Assembly (NCBI GenBank): GCA_965215265.1
Contig: OZ244048.1
Location: 224,001 to 288,000 of the forward strand
Reading direction: 5' to 3'
DNA from: Candidatus Poribacteria bacterium
GTDB lineage: Bacteria; Poribacteria; WGA-4E; WGA-3G
Length of the DNA stretch: 64,000 nt
The translations under genes were made by a program, and so were the position numbers. Below the pieces are notes generated by a model, which saw nothing but the letters and a program-made list of their open reading frames with translations, was not told where the DNA came from and searched no databases. Positions 42,140 through 51,789 of the stretch are shown piece by piece. Each line of letters begins with the position of its first letter. Positions within the stretch are counted from its first letter, which is position 1.

Positions 42140-42614
42140 TCCAAAGACGAGATTTATACAGGTTTTAGCATAGCAGTGGCAGGATAGGTTCTTTTTCACT
42201 CCTGCAAGGAGTGAAAAGTTGCGAGATAGGTAGTATCGCGTCACCTTCAGGTGACGCTTTGCTACCTTTTATCTATAGATGGCGGGGATAAGGTATTCTG
42301 TGTCTATCCTTGTAGGAGAGACAAGAAAACGAAGTTGAGGGTAAAAGGTATTCTTCTCTCATGGACAGAGAAAGAAAACCTCTCCCTCAAGCGAACCCCG
42401 CCACCTGCCACCCACTGGGACAAGAAAACCGAACCCCGCCACCTGCCATCTATAGATTATGTAAAAACCTGTACAAATCTCATCAGAGCCCTTCGATGTA
42501 TTGAATCTAAACCGCGAACGGCTCCGACGAGATTTACACACGCCCGTTAATACATAAGCGTTGACGGTACTGAGATATACGAAAAACATCAAGCGTTGTC
42601 GGACTGAAATATAC
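42140..42614. repeat. Large mosaic repeat before nuoN
   Basis: Several TGGCAGGATAGG modules plus 196-bp inverted copy of 34507-34702. Confidence 0.9.
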
Positions 42615-42632
42615 TAAAGAAGGATATAAAAA

Positions 42633-44099
42633 ATGCCAATAGATATAGACATTAACATTAACTGGCAATTGCTAATGCCAGAACTTGTCATCGCTTTTAC
42701 GCTGCTCATCGTCTTGGTTTTCGATCTGTTCGACTCCATCTCAAAGGCTATATTAGGATGGTTGACAATCGTGGGTGCCGGAATCGCGTTATGGGTATCC
42801 ATACAGATGCACCAAGCAGGCGAGGTAGGAACTCAATTTAACGGAATGTTTAAGGTGGACAGTTTCTCCCTCTTTTTCAACATCATTTTCCTCGTTTCAA
42901 CGATTTTGGTTAGTCTTATCTCATTGAACTATTTAGGAAAAGGCTCCAGCAGACAGCAGGACGGAGACAGAAAACAAGGTCCTTATTACCTGCTGATACT
43001 GCTTGCGACGTTAGGCATGATGTTGATGGCCGCAGGTAATGAACTAATCATCGTCTTCCTCGGGTTAGAACTCATGTCATTATCGCTCTATGTCTTAGCG
43101 GGCTATTTCCGTGAATATTCCGTATCGAGCGAAGCGGGCATGAAATACCTATTGCTCGGCGCGTTTGCGAGTGCCTTTTTTCTTTACGGTATCGCGCTCA
43201 TCTACGGTGGTACCGGAACAACGAATGTACCTGATATTGCGGCAGCCATCACGGCAGATAACAAATCACCGATGCTTTTAGCCGGGATGTTCCTGCTCAT
43301 CGTTGGGTTTGGGTTTAAAGTAGCAATTGTCCCCTTTCATCAGTGGGCACCGGATGTTTACGACGGTGCACCGACAACGATTGCAGCATTTATCTCCGCA
43401 GGTCCCAAAGCCGCAGGGTTTGCCGCGTTCCTGAGAATATTCACAGAAGCCTTGCAAAACCTACAAACCGAATGGATCGGCGTTATCATCCTCTTATCCA
43501 TGCTGACGATGACAGTTGGCAATATCATTGCCATTGCACAGACAAACATCAAGCGGATGCTCGCATATTCCAGTATCGCACACGCCGGTTACGTCCTAAT
43601 CGGCCTGGCAGCAGCCAACAACGATGGCATCTCAAGTGCCATGCTCTATCTTCTTGTCTATTGCATCATGAACATCGGAGCATTCGGCGCGATGATTTTG
43701 GCAAAAACCTCAGACGGTGAAAGCCTGACGATTTCGGATTACGCAGGACTCGGATTCCGTAAACCATTGCTGGCTCTATTTATGAGTGTAATGCTTTTAT
43801 CACTTGCGGGTTTCCCACCGACTGCCGGGTTTGTCGGGAAATTTTACATCTTCAAATCAGCCGTGCAAGCGGGACATATCTGGCTCGTCGTCTTCGGCGC
43901 TATCAACACGGCGCTATCAGCGTTCTACTACTTACGTGTCATCGTAACGATGTACATGCGTGAGCCGGAGACGGAACGCGATTTTAATCCGTATCCACGC
44001 ACCCTCCTTGTTGGGGTGATCCTCGCCGCTGTTGGCGTGTTGCTCATCGGAATGCTGCCGTCTCTCCTATTCAACTCTGTGCAAAATTCCGGGCTCTAA
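42633..44099 (+). CDS. nuoN: NADH-quinone oxidoreductase N
   Basis: EAGMKY, PFHQWAPDVYDGAP, KRMLAYSSIAHAGY. Confidence 0.96.
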   Translation: MPIDIDININWQLLMPELVIAFTLLIVLVFDLFDSISKAILGWLTIVGAGIALWVSIQMHQAGEVGTQFNGMFKVDSFSLFFNIIFLVSTILVSLISLNYLGKGSSRQQDGDRKQGPYYLLILLATLGMMLMAAGNELIIVFLGLELMSLSLYVLAGYFREYSVSSEAGMKYLLLGAFASAFFLYGIALIYGGTGTTNVPDIAAAITADNKSPMLLAGMFLLIVGFGFKVAIVPFHQWAPDVYDGAPTTIAAFISAGPKAAGFAAFLRIFTEALQNLQTEWIGVIILLSMLTMTVGNIIAIAQTNIKRMLAYSSIAHAGYVLIGLAAANNDGISSAMLYLLVYCIMNIGAFGAMILAKTSDGESLTISDYAGLGFRKPLLALFMSVMLLSLAGFPPTAGFVGKFYIFKSAVQAGHIWLVVFGAINTALSAFYYLRVIVTMYMREPETERDFNPYPRTLLVGVILAAVGVLLIGMLPSLLFNSVQNSGL

Positions 44100-44204
44100 G
44101 ACTCTACGCTGCCAGAACAGCGAAAACTACTTTTCAATCACCGAAACATACCACATTCACTCACAATACAGCGGTGAATGTGGTATCCTCTCCATAAATA
44201 TTTG

Positions 44205-44278
44205 TATACTAGAGCCCCACAACGGCTGATGCATTGTTAATCACTGTGTACATCTCGTCAGAGCCTTTCTAGGTTATG
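44205..44278 (-). repeat. Repeat family arm
   Basis: GCTGATGCATTGTTAATCACTGTGTACATCTCGTCAGAGCCTTTCTAGGTTATGA; similar to 38830-38870 and to the reverse complement of 18097-18130. Confidence 0.75.
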
Positions 44279-44409
44279 AATCATAGCGACGCTTATTTTC
44301 CAGTTTTCTACTTTTTGCTTGTTGAAAATCCCATAATTTTGAAAAAAAGTGCAACTTTTTTGCAACTCGTTTGTAGTATCAGTAACGAAAAAACGCGCGG
44401 AGTTGCAAC

Positions 44410-44937
44410 ATGACAGAAGACGAATTCCTTGAACTGGTCCAAAAACATCAAGTTCGGGTTTATCGGCATGCTCTCTACCTGCTTAGAAATTCTGAAGATG
44501 CCAAGGATATCACTCAGGAAACGTTCATAAGAGCATGGGAGCATCGCACAAAATTGAGGATGAAAACTGTTCATTCATGGTTGATAAAATGCACGCAAAA
44601 CCTCTGTTTTAATCTGTTAAAACGGCAACAATTCGAAAGGCCATTGGTTGAAGGAGATGAGGCGGAGCTTGAAACATTACTTCACACCGGATTCTCAAAT
44701 CCATCTCCAGATGAAATTGCTGTCAAGCAGGAACTGAAGGACGTTGTACATCGCGCAATTCAACAGCTGCCACTGGAAATGCGAACAGTAGTCATTATGC
44801 GAGAATTGGAGGAAATGAGTTTTAAAGAGATCGCAGCAGTATTAGAACAACCCGTGGGCACTGTCAAATCTACTGTGTTCCGTGCCCGTAAGAGATTGCG
44901 GCAAATATTAAGCCCTTATTGGAGAGATGACGCATGA
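44410..44937 (+). CDS. ECF RNA polymerase sigma factor
   Basis: DAKDITQETFIRAW; SFKEIA..PVGTVKSTVFRAR. Confidence 0.92.
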   Translation: MTEDEFLELVQKHQVRVYRHALYLLRNSEDAKDITQETFIRAWEHRTKLRMKTVHSWLIKCTQNLCFNLLKRQQFERPLVEGDEAELETLLHTGFSNPSPDEIAVKQELKDVVHRAIQQLPLEMRTVVIMRELEEMSFKEIAAVLEQPVGTVKSTVFRARKRLRQILSPYWRDDA

Positions 44938-45584
44938 GACAAATACCGCCTCAAGACATCCAATGTGCGGATGTACAGGACATCTTAGAGGAATATTTTG
45001 ACGATGAAGTAGATACAGCAACGAAATCCGCAATAGCATCCCACATGACTACTTGCCAGAATTGTCAGGAAGAAGCGCGTTTGGCGCAAGCAATTAGGGA
45101 GGTATTACATGAACTTCCAGCACCAGAACCGCCTCCAGAAATCTTCAATGGGGTTGCTGCGCACGTTCGCACGTATTCCAATGACAGCCGATGGCTACAG
45201 CGGATTACTGATAGATTCAGATTCTTCGCATTCGGGCGTGCTTACAGTAGCGTGTTGCTTGGCGCGGGGGCATTGTTCTGCCTTGTTGTCGCTGCCTTGT
45301 TTGGAATCCATCAGCATCAACAGCAGCAAAAGATAGAACAAGCTTCCCGGGAGATGCATTATGCCCTGAGTAAGGTGCAGGATGTAGTTGAACGGACAGG
45401 CATTGTCCTCAGCGAAAAATTAACCGCTGTCCAGCTTGAGCAGACCTCGCGTCGTACTTTAAAACGGACAGTGAATCTCTCATCTGCAATTCATCAAAGC
45501 TTAGAAACACTTAACAGTTCACCTGAAAATATTCCAGCAATGGAACCTCTACAACGTTCAGATAAAGAAGGAGACACACAGTGA
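44934..45584 (+). CDS. Zinc-finger (HxxxCxxC) anti-sigma factor with TM helix
   Basis: HMTTCQNC; overlaps the sigma stop codon. Confidence 0.88.
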   Translation: MRQIPPQDIQCADVQDILEEYFDDEVDTATKSAIASHMTTCQNCQEEARLAQAIREVLHELPAPEPPPEIFNGVAAHVRTYSNDSRWLQRITDRFRFFAFGRAYSSVLLGAGALFCLVVAALFGIHQHQQQQKIEQASREMHYALSKVQDVVERTGIVLSEKLTAVQLEQTSRRTLKRTVNLSSAIHQSLETLNSSPENIPAMEPLQRSDKEGDTQ

Positions 45585-46198
45585 AACGTTTCACCCTTAC
45601 AACCTTTTTACTGGTTTTCTGCATCCTTTCTAACGGTATAGCAGAAACAGCGACGCGCGGCAAAATAGAATTGGACATGCCGAACGCCCCGACACCTATA
45701 CTCGAAATCAACCTAGATAAGACATTTTTCTCTCTTTTTATTAATGTCACCGCGAAACTCCCCGAATATGCGGAGTACGCTAAGATGATAGAGGGAATCT
45801 TCATCCGTTCTTACGAAAAAGATAATGAAAACCTTGGTGATATGACAACCCACTACCAGAACATCCTTAAAAAAGAGAATTGGGAAACGCTTGTCAAGGC
45901 AAAGGACAGACTTCACGTCAATCTGCTTTTCGCTGAGGAACCTGGTGTTGTCCACGGTATTTTCATCATTTTTACCGACGATCAGGAGGCCACGAATTTC
46001 GTAAACATTTATGGAAAAATCGACTTTCGAAAACTCGGGATTCTATTCGGTAAATTGATGAAGTCTGATTTTATCAAACAGTTGAACGAACACTTGAACT
46101 CAAACGGAAAAGGAACTTTTAAAAATGGAATGGGTTCCTTTGAGTCAGAGGAGGAACCCGAAACGGACAGCGAAGACGATTCAGATACGGTGGAATAA
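45581..46198 (+). CDS. DUF4252 family exported protein
   Basis: Signal peptide; EINLD..WETLVK..FVNIYGKID. Confidence 0.75.
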   Translation: MKRFTLTTFLLVFCILSNGIAETATRGKIELDMPNAPTPILEINLDKTFFSLFINVTAKLPEYAEYAKMIEGIFIRSYEKDNENLGDMTTHYQNILKKENWETLVKAKDRLHVNLLFAEEPGVVHGIFIIFTDDQEATNFVNIYGKIDFRKLGILFGKLMKSDFIKQLNEHLNSNGKGTFKNGMGSFESEEEPETDSEDDSDTVE

Positions 46199-46201
46199 GC
46201 C

Positions 46202-46792
46202 ATGAAACCAATGAAACATTTCGCCTTGTTGTGCATAGTAATTCTCTTAGCATCATGTTCGATAGCTATCAGCGTTGCATCGCCTGGCGATGAGAAAACG
46301 GACGAAAAAAAGCGGAAAGGGCAGCTTCTTTTTGACTATCCCAACGCGCCTGAGCCAATTGTTGAGATTAACCTCACAGAAAAACTAATCGGATTAGTGA
46401 CGAAGTCCATGAATGCCAAATCCGAAACTGCTGAGCTAATTGAGATGATCTCCGGGATCTATGTCCGTGTCTATGATAACTCGCATATAAATCAGGATGC
46501 CTTGGTTGCATATTACGAGAAAAAACTCAAGGCAGAAAAGTGGGAAGTGCTCGTCAAAATCAACACAGATAACGAAAAGCTCCAAATCAGACTACTCTTT
46601 GATAAAAAGGTTGTCTCGGGAATTTTTATCATGGAAAACGATTCCAAGTCTGAAGAGTTAACACTTGTCAATATTATAGGCGATATTGATACCGAGCGGA
46701 TTGGTGAACTGCTCGTGAATTTAGGAAAAGTTATTGATGTTGAATTGGATTTAGAAAACAAGAAAACCCACAACCACGGAGGATTAAAATGA
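46202..46792 (+). CDS. DUF4252 family lipoprotein
   Basis: LASC lipobox; VEINL..WEVLVK..LVNIIGDID. Confidence 0.75.
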   Translation: MKPMKHFALLCIVILLASCSIAISVASPGDEKTDEKKRKGQLLFDYPNAPEPIVEINLTEKLIGLVTKSMNAKSETAELIEMISGIYVRVYDNSHINQDALVAYYEKKLKAEKWEVLVKINTDNEKLQIRLLFDKKVVSGIFIMENDSKSEELTLVNIIGDIDTERIGELLVNLGKVIDVELDLENKKTHNHGGLK

Positions 46793-47343
46793 GAACCCTC
46801 AAACTTGCAAGAATCGTTTTCATGATTGTCATTTTAGGCAGTCTGCTCATAGGACCCTTGAATATGTTTGTATACTGCAGCCCAATAGAGGGAACCGTCC
46901 CCTTTAATTGCCCCAATGTTCCACCACCGATGCACGAAGTCGATTTGAATCTTAAATTCCTCTCGCTTTTTGCAGAAAATATTGTTTCTATACACCAGAA
47001 AAGATATGATGTATCCAAGTTGATGGGAACGATCGATGGAGTCTACTTTCGCGGCTACGCTGATAGTGTTGGCAGCTTTGCTCAGACCATCTATTATTAT
47101 GAGAAGACTTTGGTTGAAAACGGATGGGATACGCTGGTCAAAATTAGAACGCACGATGAACGCATTCAGATACATGCCCTTGTTATCTCCCAAACGATAG
47201 CAGGACTATTTGTGATGGCTGGAGATGAAACCCAGACGCAATTGGTGAATATCGTTGGACGAATTGAACCCGAACGGTTGGGCGAAATATTTGAAAATCT
47301 GAAGGCAATTGAGCTAGAGATTCCACAACTCCAACTCAATTGA
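46789..47343 (+). CDS. DUF4252 family protein
   Basis: EVDL..WDTLVK..LVNIVGRIE. Confidence 0.72.
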   Translation: MRTLKLARIVFMIVILGSLLIGPLNMFVYCSPIEGTVPFNCPNVPPPMHEVDLNLKFLSLFAENIVSIHQKRYDVSKLMGTIDGVYFRGYADSVGSFAQTIYYYEKTLVENGWDTLVKIRTHDERIQIHALVISQTIAGLFVMAGDETQTQLVNIVGRIEPERLGEIFENLKAIELEIPQLQLN

Positions 47344-47392
47344 TTCGATAAAACTTTCCATGCCACATTGGTGTGATTAAACTTTCATGTTC

Positions 47393-47619
47393 ATTATAGT
47401 GAATCCCAAAAATAAGTTTATATTTTCTGAGACTTATGTTATCGTTTACGATTATGGCATATTCAACAGAGAGTTTGCTATTTTTGCCGCCGTATTCGCC
47501 GGAGTTGAACCCGATTGAGAAGGATGTCGCCATCATCAAACGGATACGGCAATATAACCATGAGGCATCTATTGATGACATTATAAAAATGTATAAGTAA
47601 TTACGGGATTCACTATAAT
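47393..47619 (+). mobile_element. Internally deleted IS630-family element (MITE-like)
   Basis: 15-bp perfect IR ATTATAGTGAATCCC / GGGATTCACTATAAT; mini-ORF 47454-47600 MAYSTESLLFLPPYSPELNPIEK.. Confidence 0.85.
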
Positions 47620-47693
47620 AGTTTACACAGGTGTGAAACGGAGGATTTCCTCCCGGATATCCCACACCAACGGAATAAGGGGAAAATTCAGAG

Positions 47694-48495
47694 ATGAAAC
47701 CAACAATCATGATTTTAGGCAGTGAGCATTTGGCAAACCCAGGTGCAGACACGTTCAATCGGAAGATGGATGATGTCCTCGCCCCCAAACGCCAACGAGA
47801 ACTTGAACAACTCACTCAGCAATTGACAGAATTTAAACCCACTAAGGTAGCGCTTGAGATTGATGAAGAAAGGTCTGACGCTGATGTTCAGGAAAAGTAT
47901 CAAGGCTATCTGAATGGAACATATGAACTGACACGATCCGAAGGCGACCAGATCGGGTTCAGGTTAGCCAAGCAAATGGGGCATTCAAAGGTATACTGTG
48001 TCGATTATTTTCCAGAGAGTGAGTGTGCAGGACCCCTTTCATGATGTACTGAAAAAGATTTGGGTGGATTCTGAGGCAATTGCCAAAGCCAACAATCAAG
48101 AACATCTGTTGTCGTCTGTTCCTGAAGGGCGTATAACTGAAGATGAAGACGGGACAATCTGGATTGAGCCTGAGAAGTATGAACCTCTGATAAATACCTA
48201 TATCCGGTTGAACCAGCCTGAAGGTCGGTTGGCTGATCATCAACATTACTTGAGAGCGGCACGAATTGGACAAAAGGCACAATATCCGGCAACGAATTGG
48301 GTGTCACACTCTTGGTATGATAGGAATCTCAAAATTTTTGTCAATCTGACACGCATCACAGAATCTGCTGAAGATAGGATTTTGTTACTTATCGGGGCAG
48401 GGCATGTATATCTGGTTCAGCAATTTCTGCAGGATTCAGGCGATTACGTGGTAGAAAGTCCACTCCAGTACTTAACCCCAGAGCAAACCGAATGA
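47694..48495 (+). pseudogene. DUF5694-like protein, frameshifted at GAGTGAGT (48017-48024)
   Basis: IMILGSEHLANP..FKPTKVALE.. / WYDRNLKIF..ILLLIGAGHV; removing one GAGT fuses the two ORFs. Confidence 0.72.
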
Positions 48496-48647
48496 AACGC
48501 CTATTATAGTGTACTCTGAAAATAAGGGCCCTGTCGGCTCTCACGGTTAGGAGTGCTCCGGACCCCGGTAGGCGAGGTTGGGAACCGTGCGGGCACAAAC
48601 TATCCCCCATTGTAAAATCTAATCTAATAAAACAATTCTTCCGTCTA

Positions 48648-48859
48648 CTGCAGCACAACAAAGGCAGTTGTAATGTTAAAACCTTTACAAATCTCATCGG
48701 AGGCTTTCGGTGTATTGAGTCTAAACATCGGAACCCTCCGACGAGATTTACACACGAGTCATCACAACATAAGCGGTGATGGTACAGAAATATACAAAAA
48801 GACGAGATTTATACTGCATTTAGCACAACATCAGGCGTTGTCGTACGGAAATATGCAAA
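48648..48859. repeat. Mosaic palindromic repeat upstream of atp operon
   Basis: GCAGCACAACAAAGGCAGTTGTAATGTTAA (reverse complement of 34793-34824), central hairpin, two tandem right arms. Confidence 0.85.
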
Positions 48860-48971
48860 TTGTCACGCCGGACCACCCGTTCGCATTTTATTAAACACAG
48901 AGAAATACGGAGATCTATTTAGCGGTACTCGTTATTAAAATTCGCATAATTCAGAAAAGGCACCTTTTTTT

Positions 48972-49000
48972 TTGCATTTTCCCCAATCTTGTGGTATAAT
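48972..49000 (+). promoter_or_regulatory. atp operon promoter
   Basis: TTGCAT-17bp-TATAAT with TGg extension. Confidence 0.55.
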
Positions 49001-49064
49001 ATATACCGTTGCTTAATGAGGAATCTGTCTCTAACACTATTTTCATTTTATCGGAGTAAACGTC

Positions 49065-49340
49065 ATGTTTAAACGTCGGCTCAATCAATTCAAACATGAA
49101 AATATTGGGATGTTGGACCTCGCCTCAATCGGCATAACGCTTGCCTTGGCCATTTTCATCGGGGCCTTCGGAGGTAAGTGGCTGGGTGGGAAGCTAGGCA
49201 ACGAAACACTTGGTTTGTTCATCGGTTTTGGAATGGGCGTTGCCGCCGGATTCATGGAAATGTTCCGCGCAGTAGCACGTTGGAATAGACAACTTGAGCA
49301 GCAAGAAAAACAGAAAACAGAACCACAAGATGCGGATTAA
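49065..49340 (+). CDS. AtpZ/AtpI-like membrane protein
   Basis: SIGITLA..GGKWLG..G.GVAAGF; first gene of atp operon. Confidence 0.8.
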   Translation: MFKRRLNQFKHENIGMLDLASIGITLALAIFIGAFGGKWLGGKLGNETLGLFIGFGMGVAAGFMEMFRAVARWNRQLEQQEKQKTEPQDAD

Positions 49341-49381
49341 GAATGCTTCCACTATTCAATCTCTATAGAGGAATGAAGCCT

Positions 49382-49786
49382 ATGAGCACCCGTTTTGAAG
49401 TAGACGACCGGTTTATCAGACAGGTCTATGTCTTGAATATAATCCTAACAGTGCTAATTTCCGGTGTGCTTCTCTGGTTCAAACGTATGACGGTTCCCAG
49501 CTTTCTAATCGGAAGTGCTATGAGTCTCAGCATGCTCTGGACGCTTGAATTTACAGTGCGGAGGTTCATCCGTCCTGGAAAATCCGCCCAAACGAAGCAC
49601 GTCCTTGCCGCGATCGCATTCGGCAAGTACCTTGTGCTTGGCGTGTGCCTCTATCTGTTATTTAAAATGAATTGGCTGAACATTTACGCCCTAGCCGGTG
49701 GCATCGCACTCACGCAACTTGTATTCATTTTTAAAGCGATAGGGCTGATCATATCGGTTCTCTCCAACGCAAAAAACGAAAAATGA
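49382..49786 (+). CDS. atpI: ATP synthase protein I
   Basis: About 4 TM helices, directly before atpB; start uncertain. Confidence 0.65.
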   Translation: MSTRFEVDDRFIRQVYVLNIILTVLISGVLLWFKRMTVPSFLIGSAMSLSMLWTLEFTVRRFIRPGKSAQTKHVLAAIAFGKYLVLGVCLYLLFKMNWLNIYALAGGIALTQLVFIFKAIGLIISVLSNAKNEK

Positions 49787-50652
49787 CGAAACGATTCTAT
49801 TGCTTTGTACGTAGGGCAAAGTTTATTGGGGTCCGTTGCACGACTTCACTCCGATTGTTAGTTACCGGGCTCGGTTTAGCTGCTGCAAATCTGAGCTGGG
49901 CCGCTGAAGACATACACCGCTCCTGGCTTTCGCCACTTTCACGAGTCCTCCCTGATAATATCGTGCCGGAGCCGACGCGCTGGCATCAGCCGGATCTCAT
50001 TTCAAATACCTACTTTGCGGTTGTTCTTTTAGTCATCTTCTTCATTTTTGTGACGCGTAAACTCAAACGCCTGCCGGAAGGGAAGGGGCAAACGCTCTTA
50101 GAGTTGTTTGTAGGTGGCATCATGAATTTCTTTGGGGGTATCCTCGGAGAACACGGCAAAAAGTACGTGCCTTTTGTCGGTTCATACTTCATCTTTATTC
50201 TCACCCTCAATTACCTCGGTCTCATTCCAGGGTTTCAGTCCCCGACCGCAGATTTGAATACCACGCTCGCCCTCGGCATCACAGCCGTGCTTGGCGTTCA
50301 AATCATCGCTATCAAAGAGAACGGAATCGCTGGCTATCTCAACCATCTCATCGGCAACCCACCCTGGCTGGGAGTTCTGATGTTCCCGCTTGAAGTCATT
50401 GCCCAATTATCGCGTGCCGGGTCTCTTGCTATCCGCTTATTCGGAAATATCTTCGGCGAAGAATCCGTAATCATTGAACTCACTAAACTTGGACTCGGCG
50501 TGCTGATTCTCGGGTCGATTCCGTTTCTACCCGTTCAAGTACCAATGCTTTTCTTCGGACTATTCGGCGGTTTTCTCCAAGCCTTTGTCTTTAGCATTTT
50601 AACCTCAATTTACATTGTCCTATTTGTAGAACACGACGCAGAAGCACACTAA
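49783..50652 (+). CDS. atpB: ATP synthase subunit a
   Basis: PTADLNTT, SLAIRLFGNI, LQAFVFSIL. Confidence 0.95.
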   Translation: MTKRFYCFVRRAKFIGVRCTTSLRLLVTGLGLAAANLSWAAEDIHRSWLSPLSRVLPDNIVPEPTRWHQPDLISNTYFAVVLLVIFFIFVTRKLKRLPEGKGQTLLELFVGGIMNFFGGILGEHGKKYVPFVGSYFIFILTLNYLGLIPGFQSPTADLNTTLALGITAVLGVQIIAIKENGIAGYLNHLIGNPPWLGVLMFPLEVIAQLSRAGSLAIRLFGNIFGEESVIIELTKLGLGVLILGSIPFLPVQVPMLFFGLFGGFLQAFVFSILTSIYIVLFVEHDAEAH

Positions 50653-50664
50653 CGAAACACATAC

Positions 50665-50710
50665 CACTCCGCTTCATCGGAGTGATCAATTCGTAGGAAT
50701 CCGTTCCTAC
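50665..50710 (+). promoter_or_regulatory. Two hairpins upstream of atpE RBS
   Basis: CACTCCG-CTTCAT-CGGAGTG and GTAGGAA-TCCG-TTCCTAC. Confidence 0.4.
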
Positions 50711-50733
50711 ACATTATAGGAGGATCTTTCATC

Positions 50734-51030
50734 ATGATATATCTAGCTGTTTTGGCTTTTGGGGTAACACTTGGACTGCCAATTGCCGTTATTTTTGCAT
50801 CCACAGCCCAAGGGAAAGCAACGAGCACCGCACTTGAAGGAATCGCACGTCAACCCGAGGCAGCACCGCGAATTCAAACCGCAACGATTATCGGGCTTGC
50901 CCTCATTGAATCGCTTGTTATTTACGCACTATTGATGTTCTTTGTCCTACAAGCTAAACTTCCTGCAGATGAGATGCTCAAAGAGATAATTGAAGCTGAT
51001 GCCCAAAGAGTTGCATCACAAGAACGATAA
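50734..51030 (+). CDS. atpE: ATP synthase subunit c
   Basis: ARQPEA loop, LIESLVIY. Confidence 0.95.
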   Translation: MIYLAVLAFGVTLGLPIAVIFASTAQGKATSTALEGIARQPEAAPRIQTATIIGLALIESLVIYALLMFFVLQAKLPADEMLKEIIEADAQRVASQER

Positions 51031-51099
51031 TAGGAATCAAGTTGTCCCAGCGTTTTGACGGACAACAGCACATGTTCGATAATAGCGGGAGGGTGCAAT

Positions 51100-51756
51100 A
51101 TGGGTATTCGCTCCAACACAGAGAGTTTTAGCCGTTTCTTGGGACTCCAAAAAACGGAATTAAAAATAAAAAATCACGTCGTGGTTTGTCTACTTTTTCT
51201 CGGGTTCACCGCGGTAAACTCTTTTGCTGCGGAGCCTGAAGCCAGTGAAGGGGGGCTTTTAGCCCTCCTTGGTATTGACCCCCAGACGATTATCATCCAA
51301 GTAATAGGGTTTTTAGTCGTACTCACAGTCCTATGGAAGTTCGTTTTCGGGAAGGTAGGCGGACTCTTAGAAGAACGCAAAACTGAAATCACCACTCAAA
51401 TTCAACAACTCAAAACGGACCGAGAGGAATTAGACCAGCTCACCGCCGAGACACGCCAACGCTTAGCCGATATTGAAACCGAATCACAAGCAAAAATCCA
51501 AGCTGCCGTCGAGCAGGGTAACGCTGAGCGTCAGGGCATCCTTGAACAGGCACGGCAAGAAGCCGCTGATGAGATACGAAGAGCACGCGCAGAAATTCAA
51601 CGGGAAAAGGATGAAGCCATCGCTGAACTCCGCGGTGTCGTTGCTGAACTCGCTATCGATGCTGCCGGCAAAATTATCTCGGCTGAACTGAATCCGGAGA
51701 GACATCAGCATATTATTGATGCATCCATCAGCAGACTACCTGAAATATCGCGATGA
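51100..51756 (+). CDS. atpF: ATP synthase subunit b
   Basis: TM helix plus LEERK coiled coil, AIDAAGKII. Confidence 0.9.
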   Translation: MGIRSNTESFSRFLGLQKTELKIKNHVVVCLLFLGFTAVNSFAAEPEASEGGLLALLGIDPQTIIIQVIGFLVVLTVLWKFVFGKVGGLLEERKTEITTQIQQLKTDREELDQLTAETRQRLADIETESQAKIQAAVEQGNAERQGILEQARQEAADEIRRARAEIQREKDEAIAELRGVVAELAIDAAGKIISAELNPERHQHIIDASISRLPEISR

Positions 51757-51789
51757 TACGAATAGCCACGAGGCAAAGGAATATAGACT

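Noticed and set aside
34505-42592. Near-identical small ORFs 34505-34876(+) and 42359-42592(-)
   Set aside because: Translations of the repeat element; no clear RBS or recognisable domain.
48568-48597. GTAGGCGAGGTTGGGAACC as a GTAG-type REP
   Set aside because: Single partial copy without a complete stem in this window.
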